DNA from: Antedon mediterranea | Lineage: Eukaryota; Animalia; Echinodermata | Length of the DNA stretch: 64,000 bases | Assembly: GCF_964355755.1 (NCBI RefSeq) | Contig: NC_092678.1 | Span: forward strand, 20,043,365-20,107,364 | Reading direction: 5' to 3' | Shown here: piece by piece, positions 12,001 to 24,100 of the stretch | Position numbering within the stretch: the stretch's first letter is position 1 | Layout: each line of letters starts with the position of its first letter | Translations under genes and position numbers: made by a program | Notes under the pieces: generated by a model | The model's database searches: none | The model's input: the letters and a program-made list of their open reading frames with translations, nothing else | What the model was told of the DNA's origin: nothing

Positions 12001-15000
12001 CAGGAAACACTAAGAAAAACTTATTGTTAATGGAAAAAAAACAACAACAAAAAACATACAAAAAATACCACAAAAAACATTCAAAACAACAACACCACAA
12101 ACAACAACAAAATTACCACAAAAAACATTCAAAACTACAACACCACAAACAACAACAACATAAATACAAAACACAACATATTTGTATTAGTTTGTATTTT
12201 TAATAACCTTGACTCCATTATTAATGACTTATTATATAGATCTCTTTACAGACGTACTACCAGCAGTTTTTCAAAATTCTGAATAATCAAATTTTAATAA
12301 TATTATGGTTTTGTGTTGTGATGATGACCTGAATTAGTCTTTATTTGTCCTTGTACACAATAATAAATAAAACATCACTGTTTCTCCTTTCCATTCTGTC
12401 TCTCCTGTCCCCTCCATCTCACAACTTCGCCCCCCCCAATCCTCTGTATACTCATCCCTTTCCCCTATAACACTTGGTAACAGGCACGAACAAACCCCCC
12501 AATGCCAAATATTTCATATTTCCTTCCATTGAACATTTTTTAATCTCAACCGCTTATAATTTCACTTTTAATGACAATATGAGGTTTTGAATTAATTATT
12601 AGTTGTGTTAAATTTGGAAAATAAAAGTTGTTTTGAACTTTTAATTTGTGGATTTTCCCAAGAGATTTCAAAACATAAACCAAGTTTTGCTAGGTCATTT
12701 ATAAATTTGTAAATGAATAGGAAGTATTAGGAACCAGCACAGATTACATAAGCTCTGTTCCTTCATGTTTTCAAAGGTTTTAACATTTTCCTGGAACAAT
12801 GGATAGCATTAATGTTTTCTTAGAACTTAGAACCAGGAAATATCTCAAATTATTATATCAAATCTTCCATTTAAGTTATATAACGTTAGTTCATTTAAGA
12901 AATTTAAGAAATTATTAATAAAATGTATAAAACAGTTATAAACGGTCTTAGCCAGCGCTACCGGCTATAATTCGTGACGTAGCAAGTAGTCTTATATTAT
13001 AGACCATTGCTATACCGCAGTCTAACCTGCAAACTGTCTTTAAAATTAAAGCCTACTCGAAGGAGTCTTAAAACAGTCTTAATCATTTCTCATTATTTAT
13101 CGTCAAAGATAACCAATTGAACGAGTTTTAAGTGTTAAATCAAATAATGGTGATTTTATTCTTATATAGGCCTAGAACAGATTTTCTTGCGTAGAAATGT
13201 ACGTACTGTTATGATTGTGAATTGAACAAGCGTGATGAACATTACCTTATTTGGTATTCTACGCGAAAAGTACGCCCTCAATTTGTTACTTTACGCTGTC
13301 TTATCTAAGACTGTTTTATAGCAATGGTCTAACAGGGGTGGCTTTAGTAAGACCATCTATCTGATAAAGCCGGCTTTAATCGGGGAGTTAAGACCATCAG
13401 TTAAGACTGTTTTATAGCAATGGTCTAACAAGGGTGGCTTTAGTAAGACCGTCTATCTGATAAAGCTGGCTTTAATCGGGGAGTTAAGACCATCAGTTAA
13501 GACTGTTTTATAGCAATGGTCTAACAAGGGTGGCTTTAGTAAGACCATCTATCTGATAAAGCCGGCTTTAATCGGGAAGTTAAGACCATCAGTTAAGACG
13601 GTTTTATAGCAATCCACCCCTGATCTTTCTCAGTGTAGTTAATTTATTTGTGAAAATATTCAGACATTTATGACAGTCATCAGACAAACTCGGGTTAGGT
13701 TTACATACACACGTCATGTGACTCACCAACAACCAACCATGACTAACCGTCTGCAACAGGTTAACATTTTGTTTAATTACTCTGAACTATAGTTTGCTAA
13801 AGCTCTGTTTACACTATCAAACTTTATGTAACAATAAAATACCTTTACATGAATATAATAACATCATAGCACTACCATATTTGGGCACATCACACTTTGT
13901 TTGTCAAACTAGTTTGATAGTGTAGACAGAGCTTAATACTAAAATGACAATCAGGTATCTGCATATCCCATCACATCCTATCATACTTAGGTCTCAAGGG
14001 AGTGGAGTAGAAAAATCCTTGAGTTTCTAGTTCTGGCACTAGGCTAGGATTGAACCAAGGGCCTTAGGATTGGAAAGCCTCAAGCTACAGCTTTAATATA
14101 AAACTGAATGCTCTTTTGCTACACCATGATATCTTGTTTTCCTTACAATTTGATTTTTAAAATATATTTTAAGTAGTGTATCTTTGAATTTGAGTCATTT
14201 TCTGTCAGGTTTTAAGGAAGTTGATGGTATAAATAAGTAAATAGTTTGAGTACAGTTTGTTTACATTTTCATCATGAACATGTGACGCACTTTAAAATTA
14301 TCTTCAGTAGATCAACATTTTATGAGATTTGATTAAATAACATAGTCTAGCCGTTTAGATTACTTGCTTTTTCTGAGGATTTTAAAGGCTTCCTTTTCCA
14401 TTAAGTAGAGTTACTGTATAATGTTATTATAATGATTTGCATTATGACGAATAAGGCAATAATCCTGTATGGTTCTAACTACAACAAGTGAAAATTATGA
14501 CTGAATGTATTGTTAGGGCTATTTTAGTGGTCTTTAGATGGTCTAAAGCTCTGTCTACCCTATCAAACTTTACGTGGCAAAAATTTGATCTTCAGGCACA
14601 GCACACTTTCTTGTCACAAAGTTTGATAGTGTAGACCTAGCTATTTACACAATATTGTGTAAATCTTGTAAGATCGGTGCCTTGATGAATTCTATTCAGT
14701 TGGCCTTTGCTTTACCTTGATCAGCTTGCTGGAAAATTGTACTGCATGTTTAAAAAGTCGGCTGGACCAGTTAGGATGAAAGTCTTTTCTTATAATACCC
14801 AGGGTGGCCTTAATAAGTATGTGCCGTAGGATGATAATACATATCTATTAATGTTTATATGTTACAAGAATCTTCATCATTATTCAAGTCTTACCTCCTG
14901 TATCAGACTACTGCTACTACTAAATACCTTAATAATCTCTAAGCATGTTTTCTGATTAAAATTCAGACAAGTAAAGATGATTAATGGGGCAGCTCAAAAG

Positions 15001-17027
15001 CAACTTAAATTCTTTTTAAGATTATAGAACATAGCATTGTTTGTTTAAATGATGAATTAAATTCTACAGCTGACACAATGTCCACAGTTTTCTAGAAAAA
15101 AATGATGAAATAGAAGAATATATAATATACTGCGAGTTTCTGTTTATATCTGTGTATAGGAATATAATATTAATCTATGGTTTAAGAAACTGTAAAAAGG
15201 TAAAGGTGAGTCCCGTGTTCTCTGAACGTAGGGGAATGAGCTGTTAGGAGCTCATTGTACTAAGCCTCGGCATTATGTGGTAGGGTGGCCAGTTCCTTTC
15301 CACGCCGCCTTTTTTCTCCCTAGTATTTTCAACCAGGTACTCATTTACAGCTGAGTGGACTGGGAGTTGTCGGGAATTGAACCCGGGTCTATCTGTATGA
15401 CAGTCAAGTGTCCTAACCACTCGGCTATCAAGAAACTGTATTGTATTGAATAAAATGTTTTAAATGAATATTATAATCCCATGCTGAAGTATAATCCCAT
15501 GCTGAAGTACAATCCCATTCTAAAAAGTATAATCGCATTCTAAAAAGTATAATGATAATCCCATGCTGAAGTATAATCCCATGCTGAAGTATAATCCCAT
15601 GCTGAAGTATAAACCCATGCTGAAGCATAAACCCATTCTAAAAAGTATAATCCCATGCTGAAGTATAATCCCATGCTGAAGTATAATCCCATTCTGAAGT
15701 ATAATCCCATTCTGAAGTATAATCCCATGCTGAAGTATAATCCAATGCTGAATTATAATCCCACGCTGAAGTACAATCCCGTGCTGAAGTATAATCCCAT
15801 GCTGAAGTATAATCCCATGCTGAATTATAATCCCACGCTGAAGTACAATCCCGTGCTGAAGTATAATCCCATTCTGAAGTATAATCCCATTCTGAAGTAT
15901 AATCCCATGCTGAAGTATAAACCCATGCTGAAGTATAAACCCATGCTGAAGTATAATCCCATGCTGAAGTATAAACCCATGCTGAAGCATAAACCCATTC
16001 TAAAAAGTATAATCCCATGCTGAAGTATAATCCCATGCTGAAGTATAATCCCATGCTGAAGTATAATCCAATGCTGAATTATAATCCCGTGCTGAAGTAT
16101 AATCCCATTCTGAAGTATAATCCCATTCTGAAGTATAATCCCATTCTGAAGTATAATCCCATTCTGAAGTATAATCCCATGCTGAAGTATAATCCCATGC
16201 TGAAGTATAATCCCATGCTGAAGTATAATCCCATGCTGAAGTATAAACCCATGCTGAAGCATAAACCCATTCTAAAAAGTATAATCCCATGCTGAAGTAT
16301 AATCCCATGCTGAAGTATAATCCCATTCTGAAGTATAATCCCATGCTGAAGTATAATCCAATGCTGAATTATAATCCCGTGCTGAAGTATAATCCCATTC
16401 TGAAGTATAATCCCATTCTGAAGTATAATCCCATTCTGAAGTATAATCCCATTCTGAAGTATAATCCCATGCTGAAGTATAATCCCATGCTGAAGTATAA
16501 TCCCATGTTCAAGTACAATCACATGTTCAAGTACAATCACATGTTCAAGTACAATCACATGTTATTTTTATTTTATTTTATTTTATTTAATTTTCAGGCA
16601 AACATACATGACAACACAGCGGTGCAGCACCCTGAGGATTGCCATGAGTGCAAAGCACTATCGAGATGGCTCTCCATATACTGCACTAGAACATATAAGA
16701 CAAACATATACACAAGATGCTCTACATAGACAAAGATTGTTCAAGTACAATCACATGTTCAAGTACAATCCCATGCTGAAATCTAATCATTATCATCCTT
16801 GTTGTGTTACTGATAGATTTGAGAACTTTGTTAAAATTATCTTTCTGTTTCATTGTCACTTACAGTGGGAAAATTTCAGCAATGCAGAGTTGACCAACTT
16901 CTTGATGATGCTGGATAAAGAACAAGAAGACCACATTGCTGAAATCCGTCACCGATATGCAATGAAAGCGATACGTTTACGGGACTGTATGAAAGCAGCC
17001 AAGAAACGAGAAAAAGGAAAAGCATAA
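7608..17027 (+). CDS. RASSF1: Ras association domain-containing protein, RASSF1/RASSF5-like (C1 zinc finger C-half, RA domain, SARAH domain); 5' exon(s) not identified in the window
   Basis: Exons 7608-7753, 8758-8856, 10751-10930, 11216-11339, 11637-11752 and 16866-17027 have AG/GT borders and join in frame. Peptides: CNYTCHYKCVKDVRLGC (C1), FVGSVRVRLNLSRPISV..RTSFFLPKNTVKALHITSETTAQEVIMLLLNKFKVIDNPQKFALFE (RA), LQENETGQILWENFSNAELTNFLMMLDKEQEDHI (SARAH). The paralogue assignment (RASSF1 vs 3/5) is not resolvable here. Confidence 0.9.
8758..8856 (+). CDS. RASSF1: RASSF exon (IPVGVCSPLLTRDQLKKRIDMYNSNADGTAITL)
   Basis: Polypyrimidine tract + tgcag acceptor, TTG|GTAAGG donor, 99 nt, phase 0-0; resembles the KI..YN helix preceding the RASSF RA domain. 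Confidence 0.85.
8912..9014 (+). mobile_element. Retroposon 3' tail with A39
   Basis: Homologous to the SINE3 tail at 24101-24179; AATAAA at 8965 and pure A run 8976-9014. Confidence 0.65.
10751..10930 (+). CDS. RASSF1: RASSF exon, RA domain N-part
   Basis: ggcag|GAA ... AAG|GTATAC, 180 nt; FVGSVRVRLNLSRPISV and RTSFFLPK motifs. Confidence 0.9.
11216..11339 (+). CDS. RASSF1: RASSF exon, RA domain core
   Basis: cgtag|GCC ... T|GTAAGT; ALHITSETTAQEVIMLLLNKFKVIDNPQKFALFEK. Confidence 0.92.
11637..11752 (+). CDS. RASSF1: RASSF exon, RA domain C-part
   Basis: ttgcag|CT ... CTC|GTAAGT; RRLGDQECPLFLCLSWG..FLLQENETGQIL. Confidence 0.92.
11765..12180. repeat. A/C-rich low-complexity tract
   Basis: Degenerate AAAC/AAC/CACA repeats. 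Confidence 0.8.
12930..13622. mobile_element. DNA-transposon-like remnant with 3 x 96-bp terminal tandem repeat
   Basis: Units start at 13306, 13402 and 13498, with a partial one at 13594; ends TATAGCAATCCACCCCTG; inverted AGACCATTGCTATA at about 13001. Confidence 0.5.
13801..13933. mobile_element. MITE family A copy
   Basis: Both TIRs present, TAA duplicated on both sides. Confidence 0.8.
13985..14090 (-). mobile_element. tRNA SINE head fragment
   Basis: GGTTCAATCC B box followed by GGATTTTTCTACTCCACTCCC, shared with the 58.7-kb SINE. Confidence 0.6.
15193..15430 (-). mobile_element. tRNA-derived SINE
   Basis: A box TAGCCGAGTGG, B box GGTTCAATTCC, core CCACTCAGCTGTAAATGAGTACC, (CCTTTA)n tail. 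Confidence 0.8.
15470..16780. repeat. 18-bp minisatellite (GCTGAAGTATAATCCCAT)n
   Basis: About 60 units; explains the overlapping repetitive ORFs at 15.4-16.7 kb. Confidence 0.97.
16564..16737 (-). mobile_element. 5'-truncated SINE inserted in minisatellite
   Basis: (ATAAA)n tail at 16564-16590; 16693-16737 matches 58652-58690; satellite units resume on both sides. Confidence 0.6.
16866..17027 (+). CDS. RASSF1: RASSF last exon, SARAH domain
   Basis: ttacag|TGG GAA AAT TTC; WENFSNAELTNFLMMLDKEQEDHIAEIRHRY, stop TAA at 17025-17027. Confidence 0.92.
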   Translation, partial: WENFSNAELTNFLMMLDKEQEDHIAEIRHRYAMKAIRLRDCMKAAKKREKGKA

Positions 17028-18907
17028 ACGAAGAAATACATAAACATATGCAGAATATAAATTATTATTTTAAATACTGAAGAAAGTATAATGTATACTT
17101 CATATTAATATTAAATTATTAAATATTGTTGAATTACTAGGTCATCAAATGAAATGTTGAAATTGATTATGTTTCAACACTATAGTGTTTGTCATAATAA
17201 TAACAAAATATATGAAGACTATTGTATTTCATCATCAAATGAATTAAAATAATGTTAATGACATATTTCAATTCAGCAATTTCGTCGTCATCATGATATA
17301 TTTCAAAATTAAAAACTAAACAATTTCACAATATTCCATTATAAAAATTAAATAAAATCATCATGTTGATGGTATATTTCAACATTTATGTTATCATCAA
17401 ATGATATAAAGCTATTACGCTGAAATTCAACGTTTCTACTTGCTTATATCTTATCATTGATGATGACAAAATTAATGTTGTAATATATAATCTTGATATC
17501 AAAAAGGTCTTTGTTTCCTATGAAGTTTCCATTATACTTTTATCAGTTATTATAAGTTTAACTGACTTCTATTACTATTTTCCTAATATATTTTGGATCG
17601 AATACATGCTCTGAATTTCCACATTCCATCCAAATTTGAATAAGTACTCAATCGGAACAAAATGTAATGAGCTTTGATATTATTATTTTGAATTCTAATT
17701 TTAGTTGAAATTTATCAACTTGTATTACAAAAACATACTAAGAAAATCATTATTTTGAAATATTTTTGCATGTTTTTTGGTTAAAATGGAGAAATATATA
17801 GCCAAAATATAAATAATTCTGAATATTTTAACAATGAACTTTTGCAGCATTATCTAATTATAGTTTTTTTCATACTTGGTAAAGTTTTAATTAAAGTTAA
17901 TTAACTGATAGGTCAGGATGCTAGGAACAGGAAGTTAGGGTCATGAAGCTAGGAACAGGAAGTTAGGGTCATGAAGCTAGGGTCAAAGGTTGTTAAGTGT
18001 TAGCTAATTCAGAAGATTTGTTAAGTATCTTAAGTGAATGAGGCAGGAAAATTTAAACAGATAGGATATAATTATTGATCATGACAACTTAAGCTGTGTT
18101 TCAAGCATTACCAATTCTCACATCAATCAATGACTACAAGAAAATCCTCTGAATAAAGTCAGGTAAATTAAAGAAAATTAGCTCTTTTAAACATTGATGG
18201 AAGGTTTGCCTTACCTGCTGTTAGTACAGTAGATGTGTGGATATTCTACATTGTTTTATTTTGAGTTAACGTCTGTCTAATTATTCATTATTAATGAATA
18301 TAATCTATATTAAGATTTGTTTATAACTAACCATATTGATGTTTCTTTCAAATTAAATGAGTTATTAATATAATGTCGCCATTAAACCTCCACCAATTGG
18401 GTTGTCCCAATGATGTTAGAAGGGGGTTAATATTACCCTTATAACCCATTTGATCTTATGGTGTGGGTCTTTGACTATGACATATGATTCTGTCTGTAAA
18501 CTTTGCGCATGTTTCTCTTCCAATCACATCCATCCATTCTTGTTGTCGTGGCAATACAGTGTTTTAACATGCTGAACCACAAATAATTTATGTTCAAATA
18601 ATGTTTAATCCTAATAATACTGTATTGTGTTATGACTATATTATCACAAAGTTTATTAGTTGACTATTCAATATTTATACAAGTTCGTCATTGTTGACGT
18701 AGTTTGCCAATGTTTTAATAGGATGCAATGAATAAATAATTCCCTTTGTTTTCGTCCTCACTACCAATAATTAATTTTCTTATAGTACATTGCATTATTT
18801 GCTGTTAATTGTAATAAACACAATGCCAGCCTTTGTTGTCTGATCTGAGAATAGTAGGCCTAGGTTTAGAATCCGTCAAGTTTTTTTTATACAGTAGGTA
18901 GACCTAA

Positions 18908-19017
18908 AGCTCTGTCTACACTATCGAAATGTGATGTGCCCATATATGGACATGATGATGTTGTATCACCACGATATTAGGGCACATCACACTTTTTTGG
19001 ATAGTGTAGACAGAGCT
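18908..19017. mobile_element. MITE family A copy (internally deleted)
   Basis: AGCTCTGTCTACACTATC ... GATAGTGTAGACAGAGCT. Confidence 0.75.
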
Positions 19018-20988
19018 TTAGTCAAGATTGTCTAGGCTAGGGACCATCTATCAAATCACTTTGACACTCTCTGGCAAGTGTATGCATAATTTTTATTATT
19101 TTTCTAAAATGTTGTTTTTTAAATATCTTTTATTTTGGAAAACTGCAGTGTTTTGCCTCAAGATCTAATGCTTTTGTCGATTTTCTTTCAAAATTATTCC
19201 ACTCTTTTTTTTTTTTTTAACTCAAAATAAATATGAAACCCAAAAAAAAAAAATTAAAAACACATTCTAACCTTATACTGATTTTTTAATAGTATTTTCC
19301 ATATTTGAAAATTAATATTATTTTATTTTGTTTTTCTTATATTCTTCATAAACATTTACTGTAACTCTACCCATGCTAATTGTTGTATATGAATATATTT
19401 ATGTTTATATCTAACTGTGTATATTTAACTCTGTAAAGTGATTTGTAAATAACATGTATATCATTGTATATATTATACTGTAAAAAATGTATATAATGCT
19501 AGGCTTAGGCTAGGTTATTTAAATTAAAGTGTTTAAAACCTTGTAAAAACCTCTGATGTTTATACACTTGACCATTGTAATTAAATGTTTGCATGGCGAG
19601 AAAATGCTAATCATTTTTACGGTACACCATGTAATTAAAAAAAGATAAAAACATTTTTTATTCGCAGTTTTTGTTATAACAGTGTTTTACCATATCGGTA
19701 TATGCTGTATTTAAAGGTATAGCAAACACAGAGGTCCACTGGATAGCATTTATCATAAAGATATAATAAATCATTTTTCAATATAATTCAATTTTTTTAT
19801 GAAATATTATTATGGGAAAAAAAATACAAAGACAAATGCTTGAGTTATAAACATCAGAACGTCAAAGTTGAGGTAAAGATAGGAGTATTGTTAAGTATTA
19901 TTTTAAGATATTGAAACAAGTTATGTTAAATAAAATGATATGGTATTGTGAAGTCCATTGTTAAAAGGTGCTACCGTTGTTATCTGTAAGTTGTTGATAC
20001 CAAATTAAATCTCTGTACTGTACTGTATCTATACTGTGTGCAGTATCTTAGGAAAAACCTGTAATACAGTATCATATGAATTACAGTTGGTGCCTTTAGT
20101 CAGAGTCAGAAGCCTAACCTTAGTGTAACACTAGGACACATGTGATACAATGTGACACTGTATTACAGCATTTGCCTGATACTGTATATAAAATGCCATA
20201 CAGTATGTGTAAATTTAGCACAGAGACGAAGGTGACTGTTCCCATTCTTTATTTAAGTCTAATACACCATGCAAACTTTTTTTTTCACTTTATTTTCCAC
20301 TTATTCAAAGATAATATCTTTAACCTCATCCAAAAACGTCACGATATATTAACATTACAATTATAAATGACAGGTGTGGTTGCAAGCCATTGATAACCCC
20401 TTCCCTCGAAAGTAGTCTCATGGGGTTTTTATAACCCCTAAGGAAGCTGTGACATGTCAAAATACTTTACTTGATTCCTTATTAACAAATAGGATACCTT
20501 GATTGGATTGTTAATTATGAATATTAATTTCAAAAGAAAATATAACAAGTTAAATTAACCTTCTGTGAAATAAAAATTAAAAATTAGTAATCTTTGATGG
20601 TTATTTAAGTTCTGCATGATTATTTATGGTTTGCCTTTGACATGGTATTAATTATTTCTAATTAATTTGTGGATGACTATATGGAAACCAGCAAGTTCCA
20701 TAAGTTTGCTAACAATTATATCGATTTGATCATCTTGTAAGATAAGAGAGTTAATGACAGAAATATCCTGTAATATTGAATTGAAAACAAAGAATGATAA
20801 CTTATATTAAGATGACGTTCATTTTTTAAGATATTGTATTGATAAAGTTAAGTCGGATACATAGAGTTTCAATAAAAAATAAGTCTTAAGTATTAAACTC
20901 CTTGTTTATAATATTTTATAAGTTTGGTTTGTTGTGTGAAAGAAATTGGTTATAAGGATTTTATGATTCAATAAGTAACAAAAAATAA

Positions 20989-21149
20989 AGCTCTGTCTAC
21001 ACTATCAAACTAGTCTGACAGAAAAAGTGTGATGTGCCCAAATATGGTAGTGATATTCTCAAATATGGTAGTGATATGTCATCATCATATCCATATATGG
21101 GCACATCAAATTTTTTTGTCACATAAAGTTTGATAGTGTAAACAGAGCT
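20989..21149. mobile_element. MITE family A copy
   Basis: Both TIRs intact, flanks TAA/TTA. Confidence 0.8.
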
Positions 21150-22314
21150 TTAGATAGTTTTGAAGACAAATTATTTATGTATTTACTGTTTTTGATGATT
21201 GAACAAATATGCAGGCATATACATTGAATCATTCCATGATGGACATCCATTGCAGTATGTTCCTTCATTCTCCAATCAATCCAATCCAATTTTTTTCTGC
21301 TCAATGTTTGTTCGATACTTCATTTGATGTCAGTGGAATATATCATACCTTGACGTATGTAATACAACAATGTACTGTATTAGCTGCTAAAGGGTAACAT
21401 AGCAAATGGTGCGTTTGGACTTTATGAAAAATATGACTCGCAACGATCTTTATATTTTGGTTTATCTAGTTGAAAAATGAAAGTGAAATTTTGGAGGATT
21501 TTTAGGTTGTTTGATATAGGGTTGAATGTTGCGATATTGTTATTAGTATGTCAATGTCACATTCACTTACTATAAATAGGCCCACAGTCTGGATTATGTG
21601 TATTTTAGTACATTATAGTTCGAGGAATGAACCTGGTTAAACCTTTGTGGTCATTTTTCCAATCAATTACATCTGTCTTGATACTAGGCTTATTTTCTAC
21701 CTCTCGATTACCAGATGTTTAACCTGTATAATAATAATATAATAATTATTTCATTATGGAATCATTTCAACATTCTGGTTTCTTTTGTATATTTTTATTA
21801 ATATTTAAACAAATTTTATAGAAGAAAAAAAATAAAAAAATAATTAAATAATATTTATCGCATAATATACAATCTACAATAATGTAATTAATTGATATAA
21901 AAAAATGTATTAAATAAATAATATCATTTGAGTAAAAGAACAAATCACACATCTACACATAATCAAACATCGTATATCTCTAACAATTTTTTCAATCTTC
22001 TACCGACTAAAGCCGAAGTATAGTCGTTATCTCGGAACCGTTCTATGGTTACCACCAGGTAGGCTTACTTCATCAAAGCTTCTATGAATGGATGTACTGG
22101 TTGGGAGCAGAAAAACTAGTAGACATACCCAGTACCGTTTTGATTACGATCAATCGGGAAATTACCTCACGACATACATAATCATCAACGTTTACCATTG
22201 TAGTTCCATTTCTCCTTAATATTGTTTTAGATATGTAACTATTATTTTTATAACTCTAAAAGTTTAATATGAAAGTTACACTATGTTTAATTGTTTGCAT
22301 GGTAAATAGACATA

Positions 22315-22410
22315 GGCTTGTAGTAGCTTAGTGGTTAACGTGATTGCCTTCCAATCCCGGGGTTCAATCCTGACCTAGTGCTAAGGTCTGGGTTGCACTA
22401 TTTATTTCTT
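22315..22410 (+). mobile_element. tRNA SINE head
   Basis: TAGCTTAGTGGTTAA A box and GGTTCAATCC B box; no complete cloverleaf. Confidence 0.6.
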
Positions 22411-23499
22411 AAAAGGAAAGTTGCAATTGGCCTAGCATTACTCTAGAGAGTGGTTGTAGCATAACAACTAAACTGTCAAGAAATTATCAACTTTGCTTTA
22501 TTTCCTTTCTGAAACAGACGGTGTACCGCAATTTTTAGTGTTTATTCCCCAAGCAGGATTATTTTTTTAGTTAATTCAAACTATTGTATGGAATCATTTC
22601 AACATTCTGTTTTCGTCTTTTCCTTAGTTTACTTCTTTTATAATGCTAGTTAATAATGACACACTTTCTGCTAGGCCTATAAATCCATGCCAAGAAGAAA
22701 TAGTACAACACATTTATTTTATCCTCAGGAAATCCATGACATAAACAAGTTCTTTGTTGTGTACTGAATTTAACATAATTCCCAGGCTATTTTACATTAT
22801 GTTTGTCTAAAACATCATAAAAATATAATAAAAACAAGAATACTCCATTTATACCCGAAATCCCCCAGATACTAAACTGTTCCAGTTCAAGCTATTTCCT
22901 TAATTCATCTTGAGACTATTTTTACACAATACAATAGAAAGTGAAATATTGGTTTATTTTACTTTGGACATATGTCAGGGGTTTATTTTTTTTTAAATAT
23001 TGTCATTATGGCGATAAATCGCAAATAATCTCCAGAAGTAATTAATTAATTATACAATGTTCCAACAAACGAATTGCAAATTTGTTTGTGTTTTCTGCAT
23101 AGCTTACCTGTATAAACCGACGTAGGCCCTTTCCCCTCTGAGAGGAGAACATATACCTCAAAAAGTAACTAACGAGCAATTAACAGACCTGGGTAGTGTC
23201 AATTACCAATAAATATTGCTGATCAATTTGGTTTAGTTTACTGGCCTGGACCTGTTAAGGTTAGAGATAGACTGCTGACATGTTGCAGTAAAAGTGATAC
23301 ACTTTATAGTCTTGAGAATGATTGTTGCATTTTTTATCTCAATGGCCTACTTCAGAACGGTTTCATTTTTTGTTTCTTAAGTAGGTCTCGTCATTCTCAA
23401 CGGCCAGACATAGGTTATATGTATAATTTGATTATTTTATCAGAATCATCACTCCATATGTTGAAGTAGTTATTCAATCTTCTGATTATTCACCCAGAG

Positions 23500-23862
23500 G
23501 TTTTAATGTTGTAAATTGGACATCATTTTAAAATTTATGTTTGCCGCCCTCTATCTTTGAAAACATTATTATTAGGTAATACTCACTATGTAGGACGTCT
23601 ATTGCTTTTCTGTTTTCTTATTCTTATTCCTTCAAAAGTGTTTTAAGTTGTTTAAATTGAACTGGCAATTTTTTATTTGTTTGCCGCCCTCTATGTTTAA
23701 AAACTTTATTATTGGGTAATACTCAGTAGCGAGTCGTCTTTTTTATTTATATTTTTTTTTTCGTATTCTTATTTTTTAAACAGTATATTAAGTTGTTGAA
23801 ATTGAACGATTTTTAATTTGGTTGCTGCCCTCTATGCATGAAAACATTATTATTAGGTAATC
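23500..23862. repeat. About 140-bp repeat x3
   Basis: TGCCGCCCTCTAT..AAAAC(A/T)TTATTATT(A/G)GGTAAT at 23542, 23682 and 23823. Confidence 0.85.
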
Positions 23863-24100
23863 CCAAAATAATAAATACTGTATCATATTTATTTCTCTTC
23901 TTTTATTATAAAAACATAATCTATATTTTCACTTAGAATGAGAATTCGAAACATATTTCATATTTTCACTTACAGTAGAATTTAGAAAATACCCATATTT
24001 AGGAAACACTTTCTGACATGAACGAAGGCAATATGATTTAACACTAGAGTCAAGGAACTTGAGGGGATACTTTCTTTGGCCCTGAAGGTCCCCTAATAGA

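Noticed and set aside
11554-12100. Hydrophobic F/C/V-rich minus-strand ORFs
   Set aside because: Complement of an A/C-rich low-complexity tract, partly antisense to a RASSF exon.
15428-16729. Overlapping repetitive ORFs (LKYNPM / LQHGII / WDYTSA / MGLYFS)
   Set aside because: They are translations of the 18-bp minisatellite in several frames on both strands, inside a RASSF intron.
22315-22410. tRNA gene
   Set aside because: A and B boxes are present, but there is no acceptor stem or cloverleaf; the same applies at 14.0, 15.4 and 58.8 kb.
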